From sequence record NC_021796.1: 32,000 bases of DNA. One strand, 5' to 3'. Under the pieces are notes generated by a model. The model had not been told where the DNA came from. It did not search any database and saw only the letters and a list, made by a program, of their open reading frames with translations. The DNA is from Cellulophaga phage phi38:1. Made by a program: the position numbers and the translations under genes. This document shows, piece after piece, positions 18,493 through 27,168 of this stretch (positions are counted from its first letter, which is position 1; each line of letters starts with the position of its first letter).

Positions 18493-19230
18493 TTAAAGAT
18501 TATAATAGCTATATGCTGCTTTGTACACTTCTTCTTTTACCGCTCTTCTGATATCTTTTAGAGAGTTTATAGTCTCTAGGTCTCCATCAAGGTATTTTTT
18601 GGCATAATAGCTAGAGATTAACCCCCTATCTAGTAAAATTGAAATATAAGGATCTCTACCCTCTTTGAACTCGGCAACATCGGCCATAATGCCTCCTTTA
18701 GTCATTAACTTAGCTCTTAAAACACCTCCATTTGATTGAGCCCAATATCCTGACGAACCTTTTACTACGTTATCATCGTTTATGACAATAGGCGTAGAGT
18801 TAAGTAGGCAAATTACCTCTTTTGCATCTCCAAACACCCTTTTTATATACGCATCTACTTCCGATCCACTAATCCTATTGTTTACTTTAGACATATTTAA
18901 AGGCATATAATCTACCCCTCTTAATAATCCGTCGTCTTCTGACCTTAAGATTGAACCTCTGTACATCATGCTCTCTAAAGAATTTTGAGACTCCTCTATT
19001 AAAACCATTATCCTATCGTCTAAATTTTTAGAGCATGCCATGGTAATAGAGAACGCCATTAATTTACCTAAAGCCTCTGCCAATTTATCGGGGTCTTTGT
19101 CTAATGCATCTGAGTAATCTCTTAAAAGAGACTCCATAAACTTCTTACTGTCCTCCGATGCTAGTCCTCCCGCTCTACCTCTTGCTAAAAATGATGATAA
19201 TCTGCTCGCTTTTTTTATTATTTCTTTCAT
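18493..19230 (-). CDS. hypothetical protein; start probably ATG at 19230, not 19284
   Basis: ORF track gives 18493-19284, but the MKEIIKKASRLSSFL start lies 1 nt after motif AAACACTATCAAA and avoids much of the overlap with the RtcB gene. Confidence 0.55.
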   Translation of the reverse strand: MKEIIKKASRLSSFLARGRAGGLASEDSKKFMESLLRDYSDALDKDPDKLAEALGKLMAFSITMACSKNLDDRIMVLIEESQNSLESMMYRGSILRSEDDGLLRGVDYMPLNMSKVNNRISGSEVDAYIKRVFGDAKEVICLLNSTPIVINDDNVVKGSSGYWAQSNGGVLRAKLMTKGGIMADVAEFKEGRDPYISILLDRGLISSYYAKKYLDGDLETINSLKDIRRAVKEEVYKAAYSYYNL

Positions 19231-19231
19231 G

Positions 19232-19244
19232 TTTGATAGTGTTT
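19232..19244 (-). promoter_or_regulatory. Copy of conserved upstream motif AAACACTATCAAA
   Basis: Exact motif, directly before ATG at 19230. Confidence 0.6.
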
Positions 19245-19246
19245 TA

Positions 19247-20650
19247 TTATTTCTTTTTCCAAGGTTTAAATCTGTCGTAATCACCTGCCATTATGCTTCC
19301 ATAAGGCATTATTTTATCTAATACGTCTCCAAGTCCAAAACTCTCCATTTGGTCTTGTACTGTATCTGCGTTCTTATAAGCGGATGGCAACTCAGAGATA
19401 TCTATCTCTCCTGAGAAGAATCTTATATCTAACCCTGCAGTCTCGTCTTTGAATATCTGAGGGTTGCTCTTGGCTGACATACTTCTCTTATGTGCTGCTC
19501 TACTTACATTTCTACCTGCACCGTGTGGAGCAAATCCTAAGTTTGTTCTTGTAGTTTTTCCTTTTACTATTAGTATAGGCTCTGCCATGTTTAAAGGTAT
19601 TAGTCTTAGACCCTCTGTAGAATCCGGTACAAACTTATCATCTAAAGGGGTTGCGCCTTTGGCATGGTAGAACTTATCTCCGTCCTTGAATACAAAATTG
19701 TGCTCATTCCAAAAAGATCTTATTGGAGTAGTCTTCAACTTGTTTGCTACCCTATTGTGTATAGAAGAGTGGTTTAATTTAGTCCATTCTCTTAGTATTT
19801 GCAAAGCCTCCCAATACAACTCTCCTTCTTTTTCTTCAAAAGGTATCCAAGCATTCATCGGGTCTGTTTTAGGGCTTAATTGCTTTCTAAATCTCTCTGC
19901 GGTATGCATCCCTTTTTTATAGACACTAGAACCAAACCCTCTAGACCCATGGTGCGTTACCATCATCGTTCTTCCGGTAGCTTCTGACACCCCTACGAAT
20001 AAGAAGTGGTTACCGTCTCCCTGTGTTCCCATGTGCATCCTAGCCTTCTCTATGTAATCTTTAGTGAAGTAGTTCTCTTCTATTCTACTTGTAAGTAGAG
20101 ACTCTCCATCTAATATAGATGACCAACCTCCTAATCCTCTCCTACCCCCTGGGCCAAATTGAGTTGTCTCAAATGCAATATCCATAACATCTTTTGGTTT
20201 AACTCCTTCGGCAAACTCCGTGGCGTACACAGAGCAGCAAATATCTGCTGAATGAAAACCGGGATGTATTGCGTTTTTAGTTACTACTACAGAGCCTACT
20301 GGTATCTGACCTAGCTTCCCTGTGGGGCATGCATCTGGCATTATAGTTCCGTCTACAATAGTAGGAGTCTTCATAAGACTGTCCATGGACATCTTTACTA
20401 GATCTACATTGTCTTGCTCCTTTTCGTTGGTTGGTAAAATGTTGATAGTGTAACTCACAGGATTTTTATGTAGTCCTATAGTTGGGGGAGGTAAGTACTT
20501 ATTACACGAAAATACTATTTCGTCGTCCGTTAACCTCCTACCTAATATTTTTAGAAATTGCTTCTCTTGGGCGTTAAGCTCGTCAATAGCTTCTCCAAAC
20601 CATTTACTTGGCTTATACCCTAATTCAATCAGAGTTTTTCCTGTTACCAT
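19247..20650 (-). CDS. rtcB: RtcB-family RNA ligase
   Basis: 467 aa; HPGFHSADICCSVYA, MGTQGDGNHFLFVG, TMVTHHGSRGFGS, FAPHGAGRNVSRAAHK, DAYKN..DTVQDQ are RtcB family motifs. Confidence 0.95.
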   Translation of the reverse strand: MVTGKTLIELGYKPSKWFGEAIDELNAQEKQFLKILGRRLTDDEIVFSCNKYLPPPTIGLHKNPVSYTINILPTNEKEQDNVDLVKMSMDSLMKTPTIVDGTIMPDACPTGKLGQIPVGSVVVTKNAIHPGFHSADICCSVYATEFAEGVKPKDVMDIAFETTQFGPGGRRGLGGWSSILDGESLLTSRIEENYFTKDYIEKARMHMGTQGDGNHFLFVGVSEATGRTMMVTHHGSRGFGSSVYKKGMHTAERFRKQLSPKTDPMNAWIPFEEKEGELYWEALQILREWTKLNHSSIHNRVANKLKTTPIRSFWNEHNFVFKDGDKFYHAKGATPLDDKFVPDSTEGLRLIPLNMAEPILIVKGKTTRTNLGFAPHGAGRNVSRAAHKRSMSAKSNPQIFKDETAGLDIRFFSGEIDISELPSAYKNADTVQDQMESFGLGDVLDKIMPYGSIMAGDYDRFKPWKKK

Positions 20651-20677
20651 TCTTATTGATTTAATTGATTTATATTG

Positions 20678-20817
20678 TTCCTTAGAGAGGATTCGAACCT
20701 CCGTGTAAAAGCCTGCCCATAACTATATATCTCGTTATAGGCAGACACAGTTTACATTTCTATAAAGCCTTGTACTTCGGCCTTAATCATAGACTATAAC
20801 CACTTGTCTACTAAGGA
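20678..20817 (-). ncRNA. 140-nt tRNA-like structured RNA immediately upstream of rtcB
   Basis: Acceptor TCCTTAG/CTAAGGA (7 bp), D-arm GAC-AAGTGGTTATA-GTC, T-arm GGAGG-TTCGAAT-CCTCT; the interior holds TAAGGCC-GAAGTACAA-GGCTTTA and a long arm TGTAAA...CTGCCTATAAC-gagatatata-GTTATGGGCAG...TTTACA. Confidence 0.7.
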
Positions 20818-20828
20818 AGTCTTTTTAA

Positions 20829-21236
20829 TTAGTCACAACCGCAGTCGTCACAATCTCCTTTATCACAACCTTTTTTTGAAGGCGATACGAAGCTTATCCC
20901 TCCATCGGGATCTATGTCTACAACTTCGTCTCCAACTAACATTCCTAGAGACTTTCTAAGATCTTTCTCTCTAAAGGCGGCCATAAGACCTTGCTCTGTC
21001 ATAGATGCTAAGAATTGGCACACGATTAAGTCTACTTCTTTTTCCTCGAACTCTAAGTGGAAGTCGTTGAAGATATCTGTCGTATCTAAGTTGTTTGTAT
21101 CTTGAAGCAAGATGTCTATCTTACCTGCTAAGAACCCCTGAACTCTAGTTAATACCCCAGTTGCCTCCTCGTCCGTGTACCCTAAGTGCTCTAAGATAGT
21201 TGGTGTTTTCGTCTTGTCTACTTTAATTTTTGCCAT
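20829..21236 (-). CDS. hypothetical protein, acidic with Cys-rich C-terminus
   Basis: 135 aa; ends SKKGCDKGDCDDCGCD. Confidence 0.6.
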   Translation of the reverse strand: MAKIKVDKTKTPTILEHLGYTDEEATGVLTRVQGFLAGKIDILLQDTNNLDTTDIFNDFHLEFEEKEVDLIVCQFLASMTEQGLMAAFREKDLRKSLGMLVGDEVVDIDPDGGISFVSPSKKGCDKGDCDDCGCD

Positions 21237-21250
21237 AATTTTAAATTTAA

Positions 21251-21682
21251 TTAATTGATTCTACTGTCTAATTTTTCTCTTACTTTTTTGTACTTCCTAT
21301 AGTACCCCTTAGTGGCTTCTATCTTATATCCTTGGTATACACCCCCATTATGGTTTCTTACTATAACCTCTGCTGTAGGGCTTTTACCATACTTCTTTAG
21401 GTATCTCTCTATACCAATGGTGGCATATAACTTGAACACCTCTTCGGCACACTCTACGTTAAACATATCTTTGTGCCTGTATGATGTTCCGAACCTCCTG
21501 TTTACGTCTTTAACACAGGCCTTTTGTATTTGTAGTATCCCGAACGACCTCCCGTTGTCGCCTATTGCATCTGGGTTATTGTTGGATTCGATATACTTTA
21601 AAGCCTCTATTATCTTGTCTAAATCCGCTGCATGAGACTCAACGCTGAACAAAACTACGGATAATAATATGAATAATCGCAT
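21251..21682 (-). CDS. Secreted lysozyme / lytic transglycosylase-like protein
   Basis: 143 aa; signal-peptide-like MRLFILLSVVLFSVESHA, then IIEALKYIESNNNPDAIGDNGRSFGILQIQ...NHNGG (SLT/lysozyme-like). Confidence 0.72.
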   Translation of the reverse strand: MRLFILLSVVLFSVESHAADLDKIIEALKYIESNNNPDAIGDNGRSFGILQIQKACVKDVNRRFGTSYRHKDMFNVECAEEVFKLYATIGIERYLKKYGKSPTAEVIVRNHNGGVYQGYKIEATKGYYRKYKKVREKLDSRIN

Positions 21683-21694
21683 AATTTATTACTT

Positions 21695-22231
21695 TTATTT
21701 TTTAGGTAACATCCTAATGATCGGTTTAAGTCTGTCCTCTATAATACTTAATTGCTCTGAGTTCAACCCTTTTAACTGCATTAGAATATTGAATACTTTT
21801 TCGTTCCTAACCTGCCTTAATATGTAGTCTGTCTCTAATCTCACGGTGTCTTCTAACCCGTTAATCTCTTTGTCTAGCTTATCTCTAGCTTCGTATAAAG
21901 ACCTCATAGACTCACTTAAAAAGGAGTTAGATTTACTTATTTTCATAGAGAATGGATTGAAGGATTTTATAGCCCTATCGTACTTGTACAGCACCCTCTC
22001 TTCTCTTCTTTGTAGCATCTTTGAAACAGATACTCTATCCCTACCGTCCGCAATCATTCCCATCTCTGCGTGGGAAGCTTTGGTGTAGTTGCAAGATAAT
22101 ATGTAGTACATGGTCAGCGCCTCTAAAAAAACCACTTTTCTAGTTCTACTCCTTGTTGATATATCTTGACCAGTCGCCTTTTTAACGTAGTCCTTTATAG
22201 AGTTTAACTCTGCCCTAAGTTCGTTATCCAT
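21695..22231 (-). CDS. Protein with DnaA domain IV-like HTH
   Basis: 178 aa; STRSRTRKVVFLEALTMYYILSCNYTKASHAEMGMIADGRDRVSVSKMLQRREE resembles the DnaA DNA-binding domain layout. Confidence 0.5.
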   Translation of the reverse strand: MDNELRAELNSIKDYVKKATGQDISTRSRTRKVVFLEALTMYYILSCNYTKASHAEMGMIADGRDRVSVSKMLQRREERVLYKYDRAIKSFNPFSMKISKSNSFLSESMRSLYEARDKLDKEINGLEDTVRLETDYILRQVRNEKVFNILMQLKGLNSEQLSIIEDRLKPIIRMLPKK

Positions 22232-22610
22232 TATACTCTATTTCACTAGGTCTTACCACACTTTTAACATATTGACTACAGGAATGGCATGAGTAGTAAG
22301 CAGTTGGGTCTATAGCGCAATCTTTTATCCATTTAAAACTTTGAGACCCGTATCTAGACTCATCTACTGAAAACTCTTCCCAATTTCCGCACTCACACTT
22401 TATAGTCTGTCTCCAATCTAGGGAATCTATCCAAGATACAATATTAGAGCTAATAGAGGTGTGTTCTGTGCCCTTAGGAAAGTATTCACTACTTTTGAAC
22501 AAGTCATACACCCTATGTATAATAGTATATTGATACTCCGGACTAAAATTCTTAAATTCTGTGTCGTATTTTGAGTATATTACCGAGAATATGTATAGCT
22601 CTAATTCCAT
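22224..22610 (-). CDS. hypothetical protein with putative zinc site
   Basis: 128 aa; IKCECGNW...YYSCHSCSQY. Confidence 0.55.
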   Translation of the reverse strand: MELELYIFSVIYSKYDTEFKNFSPEYQYTIIHRVYDLFKSSEYFPKGTEHTSISSNIVSWIDSLDWRQTIKCECGNWEEFSVDESRYGSQSFKWIKDCAIDPTAYYSCHSCSQYVKSVVRPSEIEYNG

Positions 22611-22615
22611 ATCTT

Positions 22616-22786
22616 TTATTTAAGTATTATATTTTCCCTTATCCATTGATTAGCTATCCTATAGGCCCTCTCTAATAAGGGGGCCTCTTTAGGAAGAACT
22701 GGCGATATATTCACCTCTTTATCAGCTTTGTGGTGTATGTAAATCTGTACGATGGCTATTTTCTCCTCTACACTAGTCCTTAACAT
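22616..22786 (-). CDS. hypothetical small protein (56 aa)
   Basis: Hand-read ORF MLRTSVEEKIAIVQIYIHHKADKEVNISPVLPKEAPLLERAYRIANQWIRENIILK; its ATG abuts the AACACTATCAA motif. Confidence 0.55.
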   Translation of the reverse strand: MLRTSVEEKIAIVQIYIHHKADKEVNISPVLPKEAPLLERAYRIANQWIRENIILK

Positions 22787-23045
22787 TGATAGTGTTTTTT
22801 AGGTCTACGTATACCATCTCTCTGGCGTCGTGATCGAAGTATTCAAACTTCGTTACCCTACCCGTAACCACCACCTCTTTTGAGATAGGGAAGGGTATTA
22901 ATCCGGTATCGTCAAAGGTACTACCAATGTCTCCACCTTTGTGGAATAAAGGGTTTACTAATTTGCCATTTACGAAATGGTTTCCTGTACTGTCTAACTT
23001 GTGTATGTCTTTTAAAATGACATCTTCGAATTTTTCTGTATACAT
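22773..23045 (-). CDS. hypothetical protein
   Basis: 90 aa ORF; C-terminus KNTINVKD is encoded across the regulatory motif. Confidence 0.55.
   Translation of the reverse strand: MYTEKFEDVILKDIHKLDSTGNHFVNGKLVNPLFHKGGDIGSTFDDTGLIPFPISKEVVVTGRVTKFEYFDHDAREMVYVDLKNTINVKD
22786..22797 (-). promoter_or_regulatory. Copy of conserved upstream motif (AAACACTATCAA)
   Basis: Exact 11-nt core; contained within the 3' end of ORF 22773-23045. Confidence 0.5.
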
Positions 23046-23069
23046 ATATTTGTTTTAATTATTACTTTA

Positions 23070-24398
23070 TTATACCTCTTCTTCTACTTCTTCGTCTTCT
23101 TCTAACTCTTCTACCCAATCTCCGTCAGAGTTTTTAAACCACCCTCTATCTTCGTAAACTTCGTCTATGTAATCTGTATGTACACTAACGTCTAAGTCTT
23201 CTAGGTACTCTATTTCTTCGTTAGGTTGAAGTCTTTCACTCCACTCGCAAACAGAGTAGTCCTCTAGATGGACGTATTCTAACCTATATTCGCAGAAGGC
23301 TATCATTTCGTCCTCTTTATAATAATTTCTTGAGTAAATTTCTCCTACTCTAGTTATTGATACAACATCATCGTTTAAGTAATATTCTCCATCTACCTCT
23401 GAGCAATTATCATAGTGAGTGTATAGCTCTCTGTATTCTATGTATACTGCATCTTCCTCGTTTATATTACACTCGTCGATTTCATCCCAAATTTGATTCA
23501 TTTGTTGGTCTGGCTCTTCTTGTGCGAAAAATACTGATCTTGAAACACAGTCAGAGAAGTTTCTAACTCCGTCTGTAGATACATAAGAGAACGTGTCCAT
23601 GTAAGGGTAAACTGAGTATGATACTTCACTTAATGGTATAGTAACCTCATCATTTGTAGTAGAGCCGTCAGGATTCACCCAAGAGTTATTTGTTCCGCAG
23701 TTTTGGTGGAGTTTGTGACTCCATCCTTTACTTTTAGCGTATATTTTAAAGGCCTCTGTTATATGGTCGTTTGCATAGATTCTATCTAACCAAGTACGAC
23801 CCTCTGAACACTTCCAAACCAAGGCTCTACCCCTAACCATACCATCGTCGTTCAATAGGACTAATATACTACAATGATCTTCGTTGTCTACGTATATACT
23901 ACAAGCATCTTGGCAGTTGTCATACCTCATACAAGAACTTCCTAAACTACCTATATTAAAGCCGGATTCGTCGTAGTTATCTTCTAAGTATGCCCATCTT
24001 ATATCCTCTCCTGATAAGACTTTAAAAGAGCCTTCTAATTTATACTTAGCCTTAATTAAATTTACTAGAGCCTCTAGCTCGCTAAGTACTAAAAGTTCTT
24101 CCTTACCTCTCTCTTTCATTAGCTTAGATAAGATTTTACCATATCTACCTTCTTGCCTATCCTCGTTTGAGTAAGCAAGCCCTCCTACGATTAACTTAAC
24201 TTCTTTACCTTTAGGAAGGAATCTCATAACCCCCATTGCATCTATATCTATACACTTTATTCCGTCAACGTCGTCCGGCGCTTCTTGGTGGTATATGTCA
24301 ACCAAATGCTCTACTAACTTACCTACTTTAGGATTTCCGTGGTGAGACATAAGCTCAATCATAAAATCTCTAGCTATGTATTTTTTATCTATACTCAT
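23070..24398 (-). CDS. hypothetical protein with very acidic C-terminus
   Basis: 442 aa; contains GSLGSSCMRYDNCQDACSIYVDN...GRALVWKCSEGRTWLDRIYAND; ends EELEEDEEVEEEV. Confidence 0.65.
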   Translation of the reverse strand: MSIDKKYIARDFMIELMSHHGNPKVGKLVEHLVDIYHQEAPDDVDGIKCIDIDAMGVMRFLPKGKEVKLIVGGLAYSNEDRQEGRYGKILSKLMKERGKEELLVLSELEALVNLIKAKYKLEGSFKVLSGEDIRWAYLEDNYDESGFNIGSLGSSCMRYDNCQDACSIYVDNEDHCSILVLLNDDGMVRGRALVWKCSEGRTWLDRIYANDHITEAFKIYAKSKGWSHKLHQNCGTNNSWVNPDGSTTNDEVTIPLSEVSYSVYPYMDTFSYVSTDGVRNFSDCVSRSVFFAQEEPDQQMNQIWDEIDECNINEEDAVYIEYRELYTHYDNCSEVDGEYYLNDDVVSITRVGEIYSRNYYKEDEMIAFCEYRLEYVHLEDYSVCEWSERLQPNEEIEYLEDLDVSVHTDYIDEVYEDRGWFKNSDGDWVEELEEDEEVEEEV

Positions 24399-24415
24399 TA
24401 TACTTCTTTTTTTGA

Positions 24416-24428
24416 TTTGATAGTGTTT
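24416..24428 (-). promoter_or_regulatory. Copy of conserved upstream motif AAACACTATCAAA
   Basis: Exact motif, 17 nt before ATG at 24398. Confidence 0.6.
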
Positions 24429-25499
24429 TTATCTTTCTTGGTAATTGTTATACTTATTTGTATACTCTCCGCATGAGAAGCACCAATCGGCGTCTTCGTT
24501 TGCATCGTACATTAGGTCAATTCCGTCGCATTGTTCGCAAAGGCACATTAGCCCTAAAGGCTCTCCTTTTGAGTTAAATGGATTCTCTTCTTGGCTACTA
24601 CTAGGATACTCTTTTTCAGAAGATTTACTACTGCTAAACTCTACCCAATTACCTTTCTTATTAAAGTACCCATTTTCAAACTTCCCCGGCAACTCTTCTT
24701 CTCTGTAAGATTTAGGGTATCTAGATTTACTCTTTAGAGAGTTTCTCCAAACTGTTCCAGAGATAGATTTTACTATTTCGTCTACTAAATCTCTAGTTCT
24801 AAATACATCTTCTATTATAATGATCTCATCATCACAATGTGGTCTATAGTATCCACATGATATATTTGCAGAGCAAACCTCTAAGCCGTTCAGGCATAGT
24901 TGGTATACATCTGTCATACCCCCTTTTGTAGTCTCTACTTTTCCGTACTTTTCAAGTATTCCTGAGATTGCGTTAGAGAATGCCCTATCCGATAGAACCA
25001 CTCCGTATATCTCTGTTACGAAGTCTTTATATCCTTGTCTATCACATTGTAGTACAAACTCTACATCTTTAAAGAACCTCATATCTGCATCCATTGAACC
25101 TAGGCACCCCATTTCCTCATCTCTAAAGAAGGCTACCTTAATGTAATCATTGTTTCTTAAGGCTTCTAAGGCTATATAAATACCAACCTTGTCATCTCCT
25201 CCTATACCCATTTGCAAGCCCTTTCTCATGTTCATTGCGAACATTGTTATACCGTCGTCGAATACCGTCATGTCAGACTGTATTTCGTGTACTGTATCCG
25301 TGTGGGCTACAACACATGGATAAGTGTCTGCATAACCTTTAGTTATGTAGATGTTCTCGTCCTCAATTACAATGCAGTAATTGTCAGGATCGTCTGCTGA
25401 GATAGATTCAAACTCGTCTGAGATAAAGTCTATCATGTCTTGTGTTTCGTAGGACTCTGACTGAATAGCCATCACCTTTTTTAATCTTTCTTTACTCAA
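24429..25499 (-). CDS. Metallopeptidase (M20/M28/M42 clan-like) with C-terminal zinc-finger-like segment
   Basis: 356 aa; PCVVAHTDTVHEI, MGIGGDDKVGIYIALEAL, VAFFRDEEMGCLGS, LQCDRQG, YYRPHCDDE; then CLCEQCDGIDLMYDANEDADWCFSCGEY. Confidence 0.82.
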   Translation of the reverse strand: MSKERLKKVMAIQSESYETQDMIDFISDEFESISADDPDNYCIVIEDENIYITKGYADTYPCVVAHTDTVHEIQSDMTVFDDGITMFAMNMRKGLQMGIGGDDKVGIYIALEALRNNDYIKVAFFRDEEMGCLGSMDADMRFFKDVEFVLQCDRQGYKDFVTEIYGVVLSDRAFSNAISGILEKYGKVETTKGGMTDVYQLCLNGLEVCSANISCGYYRPHCDDEIIIIEDVFRTRDLVDEIVKSISGTVWRNSLKSKSRYPKSYREEELPGKFENGYFNKKGNWVEFSSSKSSEKEYPSSSQEENPFNSKGEPLGLMCLCEQCDGIDLMYDANEDADWCFSCGEYTNKYNNYQER

Positions 25500-25551
25500 T
25501 TTAATTGTGTTTATAGTTACGTGATTGCAATATTGCCTTACACGTTAATAT

Positions 25552-25564
25552 TTTGATAGTGTTT
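25552..25564 (-). promoter_or_regulatory. Copy of conserved upstream motif AAACACTATCAAA
   Basis: Exact motif, about 50 nt upstream of ATG at 25499. Confidence 0.55.
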
Positions 25565-26189
25565 ATATGATCCCTTCTCTCTCTAGGGCATTTCTTATAG
25601 CATCCATACTGCTTTTGTCTATAAACACTCCGCTGCTCAATGTCATATGTTTGATGTACCTGTTTAAATGACCCTTAAAAAACTCTACACTTATCTTAGC
25701 GCACCCGTAGTCAACTGTCTTTTTATCAAGAGAGATAGACCCCGTGTATCCGTTTACCTTGGGTAAAGAATTAATAGCCTCTATTTCCGCTATTGTTGCA
25801 AGCCTTACATTTTTGTCTATATCAACTCCACCTAATTCGGTCTTGTACATATATCCACCTATGTAGACACTTATTGGGCCGGTTATTTTGAAAGTCCTAT
25901 CCTCTGTATTGTTCATCCAGTAGTTCTTCTTATCCCCTCTCTCGTATCTAACTGTTATATAGTCGCCTTCCTTGTACTTATTGATAAAGTTAAGAGCTTC
26001 GTGTATTTCATTCAAACTGGCTAAATACTCTCTATCCTTATTTCTAATTAAGTTTTGAGCCCTTTTATAGATAGATTTAGATAACGGATTGTATACTATT
26101 ATACCTCCGTCAGAATTTCGTAAGCAGGTCATCCGAACCGTATTATCTTGATAATCTAAATCTGCTGTAAATATTTCTGATATCTCCAT
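25563..26189 (-). CDS. hypothetical protein
   Basis: 208 aa ORF. Confidence 0.6.
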   Translation of the reverse strand: MEISEIFTADLDYQDNTVRMTCLRNSDGGIIVYNPLSKSIYKRAQNLIRNKDREYLASLNEIHEALNFINKYKEGDYITVRYERGDKKNYWMNNTEDRTFKITGPISVYIGGYMYKTELGGVDIDKNVRLATIAEIEAINSLPKVNGYTGSISLDKKTVDYGCAKISVEFFKGHLNRYIKHMTLSSGVFIDKSSMDAIRNALEREGII

Positions 26190-26198
26190 GTCTTTGTT

Positions 26199-26297
26199 TT
26201 AAAGGTTTGATACTATGTAAAACATTACTGCTAACACTAGTATATTAATTACTGTTATTACTGCCACTACCTTTCGGTCTTCTTTACTTGCCTTCAT
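26199..26297 (-). CDS. small single-span membrane protein (32 aa)
   Basis: Hand-read ORF MKASKEDRKVVAVITVINILVLAVMFYIVSNL between two genes. Confidence 0.45.
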   Translation of the reverse strand: MKASKEDRKVVAVITVINILVLAVMFYIVSNL

Positions 26298-26782
26298 TAA
26301 TACTTGCTTATTACTTTACTAATTAATGGTTTATCCCAATCTATCCAATCTGCAAAGTCCTGTGTAACATCTCCGCTAAAGATTACTAAATCTATCTTAG
26401 ATACATTAGACCTTTTGATTGCATTCTTATAGACTTTCCCTATAGTCTTTCCGGACTCTACAAAATCATCTACTATTATATTGAATGCATTGTTTTTACA
26501 GTCTACTCTACTACTGTGAGATTTTTCTCCATCTTTCTTTACGTGTATGATCCATATATCATTACTTTCGTTAGATATCTCATTCAATATTATGGCGGCT
26601 GTTATAGCCCCAGAGGATCCCATACAGAATATGTTCATCCTTTCTAACTTACTCTTACTAAACTCGATATTTACTATTTTAGCCATCGATTTAAGAGTGT
26701 TTAGGGATTCGTTAAGTACAGCCCCTAATGGATACCCTAAATGGTGTAACCTTCCGTCTTTTTCGTAAATAGTTTTTGACAT
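26297..26782 (-). CDS. Phosphoribosyltransferase-like protein
   Basis: 161 aa; PRPP-loop-like NIIVDDFVESGKTIGKVY preceded by WIIHVKKDG. Confidence 0.75.
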   Translation of the reverse strand: MSKTIYEKDGRLHHLGYPLGAVLNESLNTLKSMAKIVNIEFSKSKLERMNIFCMGSSGAITAAIILNEISNESNDIWIIHVKKDGEKSHSSRVDCKNNAFNIIVDDFVESGKTIGKVYKNAIKRSNVSKIDLVIFSGDVTQDFADWIDWDKPLISKVISKY

Positions 26783-26805
26783 CTTTATTGTTTTGTGATT
26801 ATTAG

Positions 26806-27164
26806 TGGAGGCGGAGGGAATCGAACCCTCGTCCAGAGCACTTAATCGTTAATGTTTTATACAGCTTTTGCGTAGTATCGTTACACACGGCATTTCTTTA
26901 GACTCTTTATGCTAGAGGGGCCAACCATAGTTATGATTGAAGCTCCACCAAACTGTTTTGAGAAAACAGATAAAACGGTCAGCTTATACCCCTACTGCTA
27001 CTTCAAGGTTAAGGATAGCGTTTACCGCTTCCATATTAGCTTCGATCTGTGCGTTTACCGCATTCGTGTTGTTTCCGTTTAAAGAATTTCACCTTAGTTT
27101 GTGCAGTTATCTCTCTGCGCTGAACATTAACGACTGTTATACCCTGTCAAAACCAGTCGCCCCC
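26806..27164 (-). ncRNA. ssrA: tmRNA (transfer-messenger RNA)
   Basis: 5' GGGGGCGACTGGTTTTGACAGGGT..., 3' ...GACGAGGGTTCGATTCCCTCCGCCTCCA; acceptor GGGGGCG/CGCCTCC with G3:U70 (AlaRS identity), T-arm GAGGG-TTCGATT-CCCTC, long-range helix CGTTAATGTT (27132-27123) with AACATTAACG (26856-26847), internal reading frame ending TAA. Confidence 0.93.
26984..27076 (-). other. Putative tmRNA proteolysis-tag reading frame, GNNTNAVNAQIEANMEAVNAILNLEVAVGV*
   Basis: Only frame through this part of the tmRNA that stays open from a GGA codon to a TAA in the expected region; exact resume codon inferred. Confidence 0.6.
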
Positions 27165-27168
27165 TTTT

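Noticed and set aside
13193-20105. Plus-strand ORFs 13193-13378, 13551-13760, 14991-15263, 16329-16565, 19464-19670, 19686-19922
   Set aside because: Antisense to minus-strand genes including phosphatase and rtcB.
26806-26850. Reading the 3' end of the tmRNA as a stand-alone tRNA
   Set aside because: There is no D-arm or anticodon arm next to this T-arm; the matching acceptor strand lies at 27158-27164, consistent with tmRNA.
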